Assembly (NCBI GenBank): GCA_039621445.1
Contig: CP154954.1
Coordinates: 32,326,012-32,390,011 of the forward strand
DNA from: Euglena gracilis
Lineage: Eukaryota
Length of the DNA stretch: 64,000 nucleotides
Reading direction: 5' to 3'
In this document: in pieces, positions 24,401-37,197 of the stretch
Numbering within the stretch: the stretch's first letter is position 1
Layout: each line of letters begins with the position of its first letter
Position numbers and translations under genes: made by a program
The notes under the pieces: model-generated
What the model saw: only the letters and a program-made list of their open reading frames with translations
Databases searched by the model: none
Told to the model about the DNA's origin: nothing

Positions 24401-27400
24401 GTAGGACGCACATTTATTTTAGATCCGACCCCCAGGTTTTTTGAATCCGTCCGCAACGCCTGGAGTGCCTCGTGAAAAAGCTGAATTGCGCCACCCGCCA
24501 TTTTCGTTCCTTCCGTTTCAGTTTTCCGCGCCTTGCTCCATCGGCGGGGGTGGTGCACAACGTCAAATGCCGCAGTTTGCACAAATCGTTTGGGGGGGTC
24601 ACACAACCTGGGGTCTGCACACACCCACCGTTCAGGCCATTGGCATTGGTTTTCCTCTTTTCCATGGGCCACACTTCTGTCCGAAAGGCCGCCCCTGCCG
24701 CCGGTGGCCCTCCCCCAGATGGGCCCCCACCGCCCAGCGCGGCGGACCCCGGCGCGTGGCTCGGGCGGCTCCGGACGCTGCTGGAGGCGCTACGCAGCCC
24801 AGCTGTCTGCCGGAGCGTCGCGGGGACGAGCGGGCTGGAGCTGCCGCTGGCGGTGCACGTGCTGGTCACCGCCGAGGCGGTGGTGCAGCGGGTGGAGGGC
24901 CTCGCCGGTTCAGAGCCTGGCCAAGGTGTCTGTCACCTGCCTCCGGGTACATCCCCATTTTTTTTGACAGCTCATGTGTCATGTGTCAGCTGGGCGTATT
25001 GATTCTATATGTGTAGCTTTTTTTAAAAAAAAGTTCTATCACATTGTTTTTGGTACTCCAGTTCCAACGCCCTTTTTTTTTTGAAGAAAAGGCTGTTTTT
25101 TTTTCTCTGTGATGTTTTGTATTTGTTTGTGTGTTGTGTGTGTGATTTTTTTGTTGTGTTTGTAAGTCACCAGGTTGCGAATTTTTCCAATGTGAGAAAC
25201 GCATTGCGGTGCCGAGGGCCATAACCAGGCTGGCAATTCACGGCCCGGACCCTGGGCACGCCAACCTTTCCCACATCCACCGAAAATGAACTGCCCAACC
25301 GCCGGTTCTCCCCCGCAGGCTCCCTTCGGCCTGCCCTCGCCTTTGCACCTCTCCACGAAGGAGTGATGGCCGTCGTTGACTGGTTTTTGGACTTCCTGGT
25401 GCCCAGCCATCCGCCCCACCGGCTCGGGCTGCCCAACTGTTGGGCAAGTTGGGGGGTGGGGGGGGTGCATTTGGTGCCCGCAGGCCATTGGACGCTGACG
25501 GACCGACCCCGGGGGCTGGCCCGAGGGCCGGCCGGCATCGCGTCAGCTTTGTATCTCTCATCCATTCCATCCATTCCTCTCTTCAAGTCAAAGTCGCCAT
25601 CAACCCTAATTCGTCTCCTCTTCTTTGCACTTTTAGCAGAGCACCTTGGTGGAGGGGAGGTGGGACCGCTGTTGCACTGGGTCTTGGGTGAAGTGGCCTA
25701 TTCAAAGTTATATTTTCCGTGCCAAATGGTGCAATGTATATTTTAAGGACGTAGTTTCGGACCCCAAGGCTTAGGAGGCATAAACTGCCCATGATAAAAT
25801 TGACCAGGCGCATTGGAAATCGACCCAAAAATGGCAACAAAAAACCCCCAAATTTTTTAAGTGCCAGAGTTGACTTGAAAATTTTGGAGGTTTTTTGACG
25901 GTGTAGGAGGGGAAGCGGGAATCCGCTTCCTTTTTGGGGGGGAAGCGAAAAAACGCTTCACCCTGAACTTTTTGAAATAGCTAAAAGTGCACATATTTTT
26001 TGAATTTTGACATCGGCGGAAGCGGATTACCGCTTCCTGTGAAACTTTTTATGGGGAAGCGGTTATCCGCTTCCTCCACTTCACATAACAACAAGTAGGC
26101 ACCTTTAGAACTGGCATCAACCTCATCAACATAAGACATCATCCAACGTCTTTGCTACATTAAAACAATTGTCACCAAAAGAAGCCTTATGGCAGCAATC
26201 ATCTGCTGGAAAGCACAAAGCAGGGGAAGCGTGTTTCCGCTTCCTATGGGTGGGCCAGATAAAGTAGTTGCATGTGGGGAGCAGGTTCGGCGATGGCCGT
26301 TCTCGCCCTATGCCACTGGGGGACTTATATTGGTGACGACTTCAGTGCCCATCTACTGTTGTCTAACCCCTGGGTCAGTTATGGCTTCACGAGAGGTCTC
26401 CGGCGGCTGAATGGTGACTGCCTGAACTGTGCTTGAAATATGCCTGGACTCAGTCTGATTGTTGTAGTGCCATCTCGGATGGTTCTGGGAGCGGATGGGT
26501 GGTGGGTTTACATGGCTTACAAGCAGCGTGTTTAGAATTGATTGGGGAACGGAGGCAAAAAGGCCTCTGTCCAGGTATTTTGGTGGTGACTTTGAGTGGG
26601 CTGTTTTGCTGTGGGTTGCTGGACACCGTGTTTTGAGGCTCCTTTGAGGACGAAAGTTGCCGGGCATGGATTAGTTTGCATGAGGCTGACACTCTGTCTG
26701 CAGCACAAAGTGTTTCCACCAGGCTGAAAGCCAACGGAGTTGTCTTGTTCAAGAAGGGAGGCAAGCATAGAGCGGGACAATGGGTCAGGCACAATTGAGG
26801 GGGCTGAGGATCACTAAAGATTGGAACCAATCTCCTTAAACCCTGTGAAACCGTTTTCCAGGTCCATTCAGTGCTTAAACACAGCGTCCTGGAATAGGTT
26901 CTGTCATTGGGATGTGAAGGTGTCCCCAAATACCTGGTGTGCGCGGGGGGTGGGAGTGATGTGCCAGAATCAAATTGTTGAATGCACCTGGAATTATGCC
27001 AGCAGTGGAATCCGATGAACACTTCACACAAAAGTTGGAATGAAGCGGAAACCAGCTTCGTCAGGGAGGAAGCGTAATCCCGCTTCCTCCCTATGCGGGA
27101 AGCGGTTTTGCGCTTTCTCTTTGGAATGTGGCCCCCTCCTACCCACAGGTGGTTGAGACAGCAGAAACGGGACGTGCAGAGACTGATAAGACTGGCTGTG
27201 TGTCTCCGTGAGCCTTCTGGGAGTATGGTGAGTGTGCAGTTCACCAAGTCATGTGCTGCCGAGAGCCATCGGTAGGCCTTGAGGACAAAGACAGCCCTCC
27301 GGAGCCCCTCTCCTGACCAGTAACTGCCGGGGGTGGGCCATAAACATGGCCTGGGAGGAACAAATGGACGAAACCTCACAGATAAGACCCACCTGCCTGC

Positions 27401-30400
27401 GCTTTGGCCGGGGAAGAAAGAACTTGAGGGGGGGTTTGAGACGCAATTCCACATAGCTGGATATTTTTGGGGGGCTTTGCATTGTATCTCAAGTTGAAAG
27501 GGGGCCTGTTTAAAGGGGAAATGGCCCAGATTTTTTGATTTTCAGCAAAATGTCTGGTACTCCACTTCCAGCCTTGAAGGTGGAGTAGAAGATGAAGGTT
27601 CCATCACAGCACAAGCTAAGCCTTTGTCCACTCACCAACACCCGAAACTCCATCACATACGGCCTAGGTTGAATTGTGTATGTGCCAGATGTGGGCTGCG
27701 GGTTCCGACTTCATCTCCCCCTTGTTTTCATGCTCCTTCAGACCACTCAGGCCTTCGAAGTCATGGCCTTGAAAAATTCAAATCGTCAGGAGGAAGCGTG
27801 ATTCCGCTTCCTCCTGGCCAATATGAAAATTTCAGGGGGTTTCTGCTGTATGCATCCTCGGAACCTGCGCCTGCCCCTCATTTCCGCTGATTGGCGTCAA
27901 TTAAGGAAGCGGTTTTTGGTAATCACCGCTTCCTCTTCTCCTCTCTGTCCTCGTGAGGCCCCATTTTGGGTCATTTTGCGTTTCGGCGCCTCGGAGTGCA
28001 GTAAAACTGGGCAGTGACGAAGCGGTTTTTCGCTTCATCTGAAAATTTTGTGCACTTTTCGCCGATTTCGGCTTGCACTCAAAACTTTATACCCCTTTTC
28101 GCTCATTTCAGCCGCCTATAGAGGTTCGTTACTCCAAGCCAAAACACCGGCAGAAACGGCCCAAATACGGCCTCTTCCAAGAAAAGCTAAAAATTTTGGG
28201 GGTTCAGACGAAGCGTTTTTCCGCTTCCTCCTCTTCCACTTTCCGCTTCAAACCGTCCAAAATTGTTGGGCAGTTTATGCCTCCTAAGCAAGGGGTGCAC
28301 TTATTAGGGCACTGCGCACTTATTCGGCAACAACACAAAATACTTAATTCTCCAACACTCTTTTTCAGCATTTTTTCCTTCTTGCGATGGCAAGCTATGA
28401 GTCAACTGATTATGTGCCACCAAATGTGGGCTTGGATGATAGGGGTATTTGGTCTGAGAAGGACAGTTCTGAGGGTTTTGTGTGCTTTCAGGCGTGAGAA
28501 GTGACAGCGATTTCTCTTTTGGGCACTGTTAAGGAGGTAGTTTCGGACGCTTGGGGGGTGTGCACTTCTTAGGGCACTGCGCATAATTAGGGCACTGCAC
28601 ATTTATTGGGGGGGCGGTCAGCCCAGGAAGCCAGGCCGCCGGGGCGGGCGGCTGGCGGGGACGGCGGAAGGGCAGCGCCAGGCTGCCGCCCCGCCCGCCT
28701 TCGTCGCCGCTACGCAGGCCGCCCTCGGGCTGCTCAGCAGCGACCTGTGCACAAGCCCGGGGCCCTCCGGGCTTCCCCCAGTGCCCAACGTGCGTGGGGT
28801 CCCTTCCTCGGTCCGTCTCTGCTTCCCGCGCCTGGTGGCCGGTGTGCGACGGGAGGCGCCAGGGCCATCTGACAACCATCGTGGGGGGGGGCCCTGCCGC
28901 CACCCGCCCCCCAGTGCGGTCCCCTTGCCCCACTGCCGTGCGGGCCCCTCCACTGCCGTCGCTGTGCTGGACTGCAGTCCCGCGTCAAGACCAGGCTGTT
29001 CTTTTTGCTTTTTGGTGGAGGGGGCACCCCATACCCCTGTGGGCGTGGGGTGCTGGCGGACCCCTGGAAGCCTGGGTGGAACAAAGCAGCCTGGCCAGGG
29101 CAAACCTTGGAGTGTCAGCTGCTACGCATCCTCCAGGTGTTCAGGTGTTGAGGGAAACCTGATGGGGACCACTGAGGGTGTATTGTCAGAAAATGTTAAC
29201 AACGTTAAACAGCAGTTCAGTCAATTTCTCATCAACAACCACCTGAGATTTACCAACTGATTTGAAATTAAGTTAAGGTGGCCAAAATTCCGCGAAATTC
29301 ATGCGATTGGGTTCTGAAAACTCACGCTTTGACAGAGCTGATTTGCAAGAGCAATCAGCACCACAGCTTACTGACCTCAGGATTGCTGCAGTTTGATGGT
29401 TTTTGCTATGGCCAACTTTTTCATGACATCCAATTTCTGGGTTCTTGTCCAACCATCGATGAGGGCTGCCGGCATGCAATGTGCACGGTATGCCGGTGCC
29501 CCCCCTCTCATTGGGACAAGTGGGACCAAGCAGGCAAAAAAAAGCTTCAGGTTGGTCATATTTTCTTCAGGTATATTTTTTTGGACATCTCTGTAGATGT
29601 CTGTTTTCTTTGTATCTCTGACCAATGGATGCATTTTTCCGCCTCCTTGGGAAGAGTTTCTCTACGAAGGATATTCCTGTGGAGATCAGAACATCGTTGG
29701 ATAAAAATGGTGTAAAAATTTCACTCCAAAAGCGTTTTTGTCTTTTTTTTGCTTTGCAAAATGCTACTCTTATTTGGTGATCAATTCCCGAAGTTAAAAT
29801 CTTCAGCAATCTCAATCATATGATGGTCACGCGGCCAGGGTCAGGGCTGTATGGGAATCCCCGAAACCCCATGAGTTGTGGGGGACGGGTGGCCCCTCCC
29901 CACCATCCCGTGTTTCCGGGAACGGAGTGGTGGGTGGGGGAGGGTCGACCCACCGCTGCCCACGAGGCCTTCCCGCACAGCCTTGGGCCGGGGGAGTGGG
30001 GCCAGCGCCCGGTGCAAATCCACCCGGGGTTGCTCCGCAGGTCCTGCGCACCGTCGCCCACGCCAGCCCCGCCGCCGCTCCCGCGCCGCCCTCCCTGGGC
30101 CCCCCGCCGCCGCCACTCCCCGTCCCCTCCGCTCCCCCGCCGGGCAGCCCCGCCCCCGGCCTCCGACCGCTGTGGCACGGCCGGCCGCTGGCTGGGCCCC
30201 GCCAAGCCCTGGACCCAAACACGCCCCCCCCCCCCCGTGAACCCCAGGGCTATGTGGGAAACCCCGAAACCATTGGGTGGTGGGTGGGGGGTCCGACCCG
30301 CCCACCAGGCTGCCAGGCCTTCCCGTACAGCCCTGGTAAACGTGGCTGGAGGTACGCAGGCTGTGGTTTGGTCGGCCGGGTGAAGGGGGGTTTGAAAAGA

Positions 30401-33400
30401 ATTGGTTGGGCAAAATCCGGCTCCCCAAAGCAGAATCCAAAATCAAACGTCCGGGGGAAATGCTCGGTCGACTTGGCAGGGGGCGGGCAACAGTCCCGAG
30501 GAGGGCAGCGGCTGCAGCGACACCCTCGCCCGGTTTGCCACCCCCGTCCCTGCAGGGAACGCCGAAAACCACTGGCGCTCCGCTGTCCGGTGTGGGGGCC
30601 GCCTGCTTCAGTGTTGGCATTCCGGGGGGCAGGACTTGCCCTGGGGAAATGCCGTGGGGATAATTCTGGACAAGTTTCTGTCTACATTTTTCCTGCCTTT
30701 TCGAGGAGGCATCCAATTTCAGTTTTCCCGTCCACTTTCAGAAAATCCAATTTTCCACCATTCAGGAAAGTCTGTTTTTCGTTACACCATCAGGCCATTC
30801 CCAGGGGCTCCCCAGGGGCTTGAAGAAGAGGGGCCTGGAATATGTAAAACATTTAGAAGTAAAGTATTTACTTCTAAATTTGTGCTGCTGAATTTTCCCC
30901 CCAAAAATAAACTGAAAACAAAATGATAACATCTATTTTAAAGCATACATATGTTATTTAAGAATCATATTGTTTATGCCAGCATTATTTGTGTATTAAT
31001 GATAAGTATAATAATAAAATCACTTCAAACAAAATTATTTGGCTATATAAATAGAACAGCAGTCAGAATGATTGTAATTGGAAATGTTTCTTAATATCTT
31101 AGGTGATTGGTGAAGTATTTTCAATTGGCAGCAAGATTCTACTTGCCCCCCCCCCTGGGGGCAAGTAGAACCTGCAGGCGGGGGATATGGCGGCACCCGT
31201 GTCCAACCTCGGGGGAAAATCGGGGTATTCTTTACGGATTCCTGGAGGGTGCCCCTTTTTGAGAGTTTTATTTTAAGAATTAAGGACCAAGTTGGGCCAG
31301 CCCGGGAATCTCCCAAATGGAGACCTAACTTCCGGTCTAACTTTTGTCCTCAACGGGGCTAATTTTCCGCGCGCCGGTCCGAACCCTGACCCTATTCATG
31401 AAAATAATGGCTGTCCTCCCAGAATCTGAGTTTATTCGCCCGGATCCGGCATGGTTCAGGGCACTGCAGGACCGAAAAGTCAAAAGGCGGGACGTGGGCG
31501 CCACCATATGCACCCTCCCCCCTGGAGATTCAATTCAGCCCCCCCCCCCGGGGAGGCGGGGCAAGTAGACTCTTGCTGCCTTTTTTTTAATTATTTATTA
31601 TGTTGAGTGTAACGTTGCTAAGTGAAGATTATATTTTAATTAATACAATGGATTAATGCAAGACATGTATGTTCAAGTTGTTCAACCACCTTGTTCAAGT
31701 TATAAATAATGCAAAAAGTTGTGCATCTGCTTTTGTCTTGTGCTGTATTTTTTGTGCCGAGTTGGGATTAGATTTGGGCTTAAAGTTAGAAATAGCGTTC
31801 GGGTGTGGATTTAAACAGAAATATGCCAAGTTTAGGCTGAATTAGGCTTAAAATGGCACCGGCTTAACCACCCCCCAGACAATTTTGCCCCCCTGCAAAG
31901 TTAGTGGACAGATCTTTTTGGCCCCACCCCCCCTCAAAGTTTTTTTGGCGACCCAAAACCATTGATAAATTGTTTAACACTTTTCCTAAAAGGAATCTGG
32001 TGTCAAATGCTATTTGTATGTTTTAGTTTTAAGGTTCTTTTCATCGGACAGCAAAATGTTGTGGTTTTTCAGATTACCCCCCAAATAATGTGCCCCGAAG
32101 GGGCACATTATTTGGGCATCCGAAGGCGAGAGCCTGGGGAGGTATATATTATTCTGGTGGTTTATTATTTGGGCATATTTTTCAAACTTAAAAAATGCCC
32201 CCGAAATGAAATACTTTGACATATTTTCTGATTCTTGCAATTTTTGACACTTCTTTTATGTTGATGCTACCTGAACATTTTGGAAACGGCATATTTTTGC
32301 CAAAATATGCTGGTTTTGGATGGAAATTGCTTGCTTGATTTCCCTCTCAAGGGCGTGGCAGGGGGGATGTATCATTTGGGCAGCCAAAGTCTAAGGCCAG
32401 GGGGATTTGGGGGTTTAAATTATTATTTCTTGCTTTTATCGCCTGCTGATTTCCAAGAAAAAATCTTTTTTTTTTACGGTTTTGTTGCTTGATTATGGTT
32501 TTTTTTTGCATTTTGTAATTTGAGTTGGAAGCGTCTTTAAGATCTGGAGGAAATTTGCATTCATTTCTTTATAAAATCCTTCAACCTCCAGAAATTTTCC
32601 TGACCAATTTCATCAATGCTTTTTCACGACACCTCAAAGAATGCAGTCTCCTCTGTGTTAATTTTTTCTTTCCTTGTAATGAATGATTCGAAGAACATGC
32701 CCTGGTGGTGCGCATGCGTGCGTGATGTGATGTGATGATGATGATGTTAATGGCATAGCTTGTGTGAAGGACGTCCGCTCCGGGTTTTTTTCCCTTGCAC
32801 AGAATGAGCCTGCGTTATGAAAGAGTCTTCACTGCTGATTTTTTTGAAAAGTTTTCGTTCTCCAACCAGCCCAGGGTTGGCAGTGGCAGAGGAGGTTTTT
32901 GAGCGCTTGGCAGTGCACGCCCATGGGCTTCCTTTCATGCCCAGCTTGCTGCTCTCTCTGATCTGCCAGAATAGCATTCTCAGGAGCGAACACTTTTGCA
33001 AACACCTGGGGGTGGTATTCCAACCGAGTCAAGGTGTGTGGCCACGTTATGTCGGTCTGCCAGCCCATGGCCTCCTTTTGCAGGTTGCCGGCGGCTCACG
33101 TGGTCCGCCTCTGCTTCGCCCTCCCCTCCGCCAGCCTATCTCAGCAGCTGTGCATCGTGCCGTCCACCAGCCAGTGGTTGACAAAGGGAGTGGGGGTAAG
33201 GCGATGCAGACACACTCCCGAGGGTGGGGTGTGTACCATTTCAAGTGGCAGCCAGCCACACAGTAATGCCCCTCCCAAGAAGGCCCGCTCGCATGGGGGA
33301 CGCCCCAGAGAGTATGGCATGTCAGTGCATGGGTGTGGGGGTATTCCAGGTGTCTCTTCTGTCTCTGCGTCTGTGGCTTTGGCCCAGAGTGAAAGATTAA

Positions 33401-36400
33401 CCACACCCTCAAATTGAAAGCCCCTATATGGGCTTTCTATTTGCCTCCCAAGTCAGGCAAAGAAGGAAAATTTTGGTTCTACAACAATTTACTGCAGGAA
33501 ATGATCCATGATCCATGATCAATGATCCATTGGGCAAAAGTGTGTGCATTTGAGGAAAACTGGGAGGTGCATAAAGAAACTTTGGCCTAAAAATAGAACT
33601 TGATTACGGTTGAAAGCACCAAAGTTTGAGTCCTCCCACCTTGAGGTGTTGAAATCATCAGGGTGGACAAAACTTATGATAGACCATCATAACTTATGAT
33701 TGACCATAAAGTTTTTGTGAATTACCCAAATTTTGCCATATTTTTTGCCATGTTTTTGACCGGGTGTCAGCCTCCCTTATCCTCAGCCCAAAATGACAAA
33801 AAATGGCTGGGAAATGGTCTTAAATTGCCCAAAATGGCAAAATGAATGAACATTGGCAGATATTGACCCTCGATGGCTTTTTTTGAGGCAACCTAGCCGG
33901 AATTTGGTATTTCTTCAATGAAAAGTATGGGCGAAACAACTCGACACATGGCACAAAAATGTTAAGAAGTGCTTGAATACCAATGAAATTTAATGTATTT
34001 TTATTTTTATTTTTCATTTTAGGTTAGTTTTTAATTAAATTGATTAATAATCATTGATTATTTTTCCAAAAAATCAAGTTTTCACCAAAATTATAAATTT
34101 CACCGTTTTTTAACCGTAATTTTTTTTGCCCTGTTAACTGCAGTATTTGACCAAGTTATATGAAACCAGGAAAACTTCCCATTCTCAGTCTCCCCGATAA
34201 AGAATGGGCCATATTTGGGCAATGCAATGCAATCTCTCCCACACCCACACGCTCGATGCACCGAAGCGTCAGAATTTTTCAGGGTTAACGTGAGGAGCGG
34301 AGAAGGTTTCTTCTCCTGGTTTTGCTTTTTCAGGTTGTGGGGAGGCTGTGCAGGCCGGGGGGGGGGGCATTTTCGATCCCTGGAGGTTGGAGGTTTGGGT
34401 TTTGGGGTGGATGGTGGTCTGTCACCCTCCTCCCTGCCAGCCCGTTTGGCCAAAATGGCTATTATCAAGCCGGCTTTGTGTGACCTCCACGTGGGAATCG
34501 TTTTTTCTCACGTAATTTTTTCATATAAAACTCTTATTTTGCAAGAATTTCCGAAACTACTGGTAATTTGTCAAAGCTTGCCACCAGCTCCTGGCGCTGT
34601 GCCGTCCACCTCCCCACCTTGCCGGGTCCGCAGCAGCTGCCTGAGTCACCTTCTGCTCAAAGGGCCCCTACCGTTATGTCCCTCGACCGGATCGGATTCA
34701 CTCGATTCACGGATTCCCTCGATCGGATTCACAGATTGCTGAACTGGGATGTGGCTGTATGTGTCATGGGAGTGGGATGTAGTTTTATGTTTTGGGTTTT
34801 GTTCAGTTTTTTTTGCAGTGCTTTGGTGGGGAAAAGCCACACGAGACTGTTGTACACCTTGTTTTGTGTTTTTTTTTCAAGTGTTATTTTTAAAAAAGAA
34901 GTGGAACTTCGCCAGGAAGCACAGATGCATAAAAGCAGCAGGGGGGAAATGCAAAATCGGTTTTTTTTGTGTTTTTTTTTGATTGTGGCAAAATTTGACT
35001 TTCTTGCTTTTTTTTTCCTGGCCATTTTTGGATTTTTTTCTGGAAAGGTTTTGACTTTGAAAAATTCCTCGTTTTGGCCCCGATTTCCCCCCGCCACCAA
35101 AATTTTTGTCAACTTTTTGCCATTCTTGCGTTTTTTTGGTCAACAAATTGCTTATTTTTATGCAAAATGGAAGTTTTTCCCTGGCCAAAAAAAAATCGGT
35201 GGAAAAGTGTTCATCCTCTCCAGTGGAAAAGTGTTCATCCCGGGGGAGCTCCTGAAGGATCTTATGTGCTATTGTTTGTGTTCACTTTTTTTTTAACACC
35301 TTTAATGTAAAATAACGTTGGCTTGTCCCTGTTTGCAATTGCAAACATGCACAGTCAGGGCGGACCTAACTTAGGTGGCCGGATTCGCACTTAAGCTTTT
35401 TTCCTTTGGATGCGCGCAATTGCGCAAATGCACCATTTTTTTGTAACCCCTGGGAACCTGTACCCTGACACCTAGAACACGATTTAAGAACCGTTACACC
35501 CATCTATTGGAGGGGATTAACTCCCAGTGGTCTGGTGTGCATGCTGCGTGTGAATATTTTGATGCAACCCACCCATCTGCAATTATTTTTGCACGAACAC
35601 CATTTGTTCTTAGCAGAAGATTTTTTTTCGTCACTGCCTTCTGGCCACAAAAATAAAATCTTTCGGGTTCCCCAAAACACCAAAATTTTCCACCACTACC
35701 ACCACCACCACCACCACCACCACCACCACCACCACCACCAAAACCACCACCACCACCACCACCACCACCACCACCACCACCACCACCACCACCACCACCA
35801 TCACAGCATTGTTCAGATCAACTAGAAATTTTTGAGGGTCACAGTCACCTTTTTTTTAATTCTCAAAATTTGAATTATGGGCTGGAGGCGCCTTTGTCCC
35901 GCTATTTCACCTTCGCTCCTTGAAGTTGCAACGTCCCCAAGCGCACCTTTATCAAAGGTGCAACACACAAAATTCACCTCATTGTGTGGTTCCATTTTCA
36001 ACCTTCCTTTCTGTTCTCCTGGCATTGTCATCGTGAATCTGCCCCAATGTTCTTTTTTATTGTTTTGCTCTCCGCATCCTCATCTCCACAGCACTCAATC
36101 TGGGTCCACCAACTGCCACCTTTTAAAGCCATGGAGGACACATTAATGTTGCCCTGTGATGGATGCCGTGTGACGCACACAGTCCTCCCACCAGCCCTCT
36201 GGGGAGCCCAACCTTTGGACAGCAAGGCATTTCCGAATTTTGATCGGGGTTGGTGTCAGACAACAACTTTCTGATGACAAAAGCCTTGCTTCTTTATGCT
36301 TTCTCAATCTCCCCTATTTTGCAAGGTCCTCCACCCCAAAACCGATGCAGTTCTTCAGCATAACCAGGAGAGCCGAGGTGGGCTGCCGCCAAAAGAAAAC

Positions 36401-37197
36401 AGGGAGCAAGATAATAGGGTTGGTCTGTTAAAAGCACCGAATGAAAGTGGAAGAGTGGAAGGGCCTGCAAAAAGAGATACCCAAAAATATCCGGAAAATA
36501 GTTGGAGCCAGTGGGTGGCAAAAGTGTCCGGGCACGGAGGCCTTGGGACCTGGAATGGCGATAAAATGTAGTTTCTGGAATTTAGTGCATTTCGCGTTTC
36601 TAAAATACGAAAATGATATTTTTTAATGTTCAGTTCAACACATTCCCAAAAACGTAAATTTAAGTTTTGGGGGCCCATTTCTTAAATGGGTGCTGTTTTC
36701 GGTGTAATTTTTTCGGGGCGGGCTGAAAAGAAGGCACTTCTCACTTGGCGTTTGTGCTTCGTCGTCGGTGTCCCTTCCTCCCCTCTCGGTCTGCTTCGGG
36801 GACTGGGAAAGCTCCGGCCTGCCGAAGTCCGGCTGGACCAAAGGATTTTTTCAGAGAGCCAAAAACGGCAAAAAGGGTGCATTTGGGAACCCGGTCCAGT
36901 GCCATGGTTAAATCCCCAACCCGTTCCAGATAGCAAAATTTTGCGGAATAAATTGTGGTGTCCTACCGGTTTTGGACTCCCAGACATTTTTACGAGAGGA
37001 TACTTCCCCAAGCCAAAAAAAGGGGAAGCGCGCACGGCAAGTTGCATCATTTTTTATTACAGCCTCCGCGGGATATCAAGAGAGACCCTGCATCAGACCT
37101 TTGCCCAGCCCTGGCCTGTGCGGGCGGCGCTTCCCCGGCGAGATACACTAGCTTGCCACCCTCCGAGTGGTTGAGCCTGGACCATGCCACTGCTTAG
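8322..37197 (+). CDS. Large multi-exon GC-rich host gene, unknown product. Supported exons include 8322-8330, 8379-8486, ~9480-9810, ~11045-11207, 12879-12905, 13252-13411, 13807-13939, 15645-15833, 15944-16065, 16538-16591, 16704-~16812, ~19865-19970, ~20500-20700, 23021-23122, 23630-~23712, ~24150-24273, 24703-~24925, 25319-~25443, ~28620-28789, 30041-~30210, ~30494-30589; later exons to ~37197 are tentative
   Basis: GC3-biased exons. Seven consecutive junctions from 11207 to 16704 were checked in frame (e.g. ALPYLA|LGPYYWRLL|YAGVRKTE; LPQVW|PLPRTH; EAALAS|GPLVQRLL). The 3' half and the stop codon are not resolved, and this could be more than one gene. Confidence 0.6.
9403..9468. repeat. 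(TG)n microsatellite
   Basis: Directly visible. Confidence 0.97.
10403..10822. mobile_element. MITE with AACCCCCC termini and TA target duplication (Tc1/mariner-pogo-like)
   Basis: TA|AACCCCCC...GGGGGGTT|TA, with internal repeats GCAGCACTATTTGGACCC. Same end type as 59596-60305. Confidence 0.6.
11208..12878 (+). other. Euglenid non-conventional intron (AGCCAGGG...CCCCTGGTCCT)
   Basis: No GT-AG. CAG at +4..6 pairs with CTG at -8..-6, and removal keeps the frame. Confidence 0.75.
12906..13251 (+). other. Euglenid non-conventional intron (GCCCAGGC...GCCTGCCCCC)
   Basis: CAG at +4 and CTG at -8 with extended pairing. In-frame join ...CTG TT|G TAC GCC. Confidence 0.8.
13940..15644 (+). other. 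Euglenid non-conventional intron (TGCCAGGGCC...GGCCCTGCCCGT)
   Basis: 7-bp end pairing CAGGGCC/GGCCCTG and an in-frame join. Confidence 0.75.
14623..14877. mobile_element. MITE with GGCAGCC termini and a perfect 8-bp TSD
   Basis: TIR GGCAGCCATTGATTTAACGACC / GGTCGTTAAGTCAATGGCTGCC. GTTTCTAA at 14615-14622 and 14878-14885. Confidence 0.9.
16066..16537 (+). other. Euglenid non-conventional intron (GGCCAGGGCTG...CAGCCCTGCTTTT) containing (TATG)n
   Basis: 8-bp end pairing. Removal eliminates the TGA at 16075 and joins the exons in frame. Confidence 0.8.
16190..16425. repeat. (TATG)n microsatellite
   Basis: Directly visible. Confidence 0.97.
17740..19450 (+). repeat. Interspersed repeat with internal diverged tandem units, related to 47766-53443
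   Basis: Shares CCAGGTTTTGAATAGTGCTGA, GGCCATATCTC...AGGTCTCCAGACATTT and CCCATAAAG.GATAAGAGCTCAGCGACCCC with the later element. Confidence 0.7.
21460..22430. mobile_element. Foldback-like element built from GTGC(G/A)CAAACC motifs, apparently interrupted by another repeat (~21810-22140)
   Basis: The motif runs forward in the left part and reverse-complemented in the right part. The inner segment resembles 55910-56160. Confidence 0.5.
23123..23629 (+). other. Euglenid non-conventional intron (GAGCAGCGAC...GTCGCTGCCCCC), mostly microsatellite
   Basis: 7-bp end pairing. Removal eliminates an in-frame TGA. Confidence 0.7.
23182..23578. repeat. Complex (TG/TA/CTG) microsatellite
   Basis: Directly visible. 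Confidence 0.95.
24274..24702 (+). other. Euglenid non-conventional intron (GCACAGGGG...CCCCTGCCGCC)
   Basis: CAG at +4, CTG at -8, and a phase-0 in-frame join. Confidence 0.65.
25911..28250. mobile_element. Degenerate element marked by about 12 GGAAGCG-N6-CGCTTCC palindromes, with decayed coding-like segments between them
   Basis: Copies at about 25911, 25941, 26018, 26055, 26225, 27042, 27068, 27098, 27792, 27905 (longer spacer), 28019 and 28210. Confidence 0.6.
31127..31580. mobile_element. MITE with GGCAGC termini
   Basis: TIR GGCAGCAAGATTCTACTTGCCCC / GGGGCAAGTAGACTCTTGCTGCC. T-rich flanks could be a degenerate TSD. Confidence 0.8.
35690..35800. repeat. (CAC)n microsatellite
   Basis: Directly visible. 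Confidence 0.97.
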
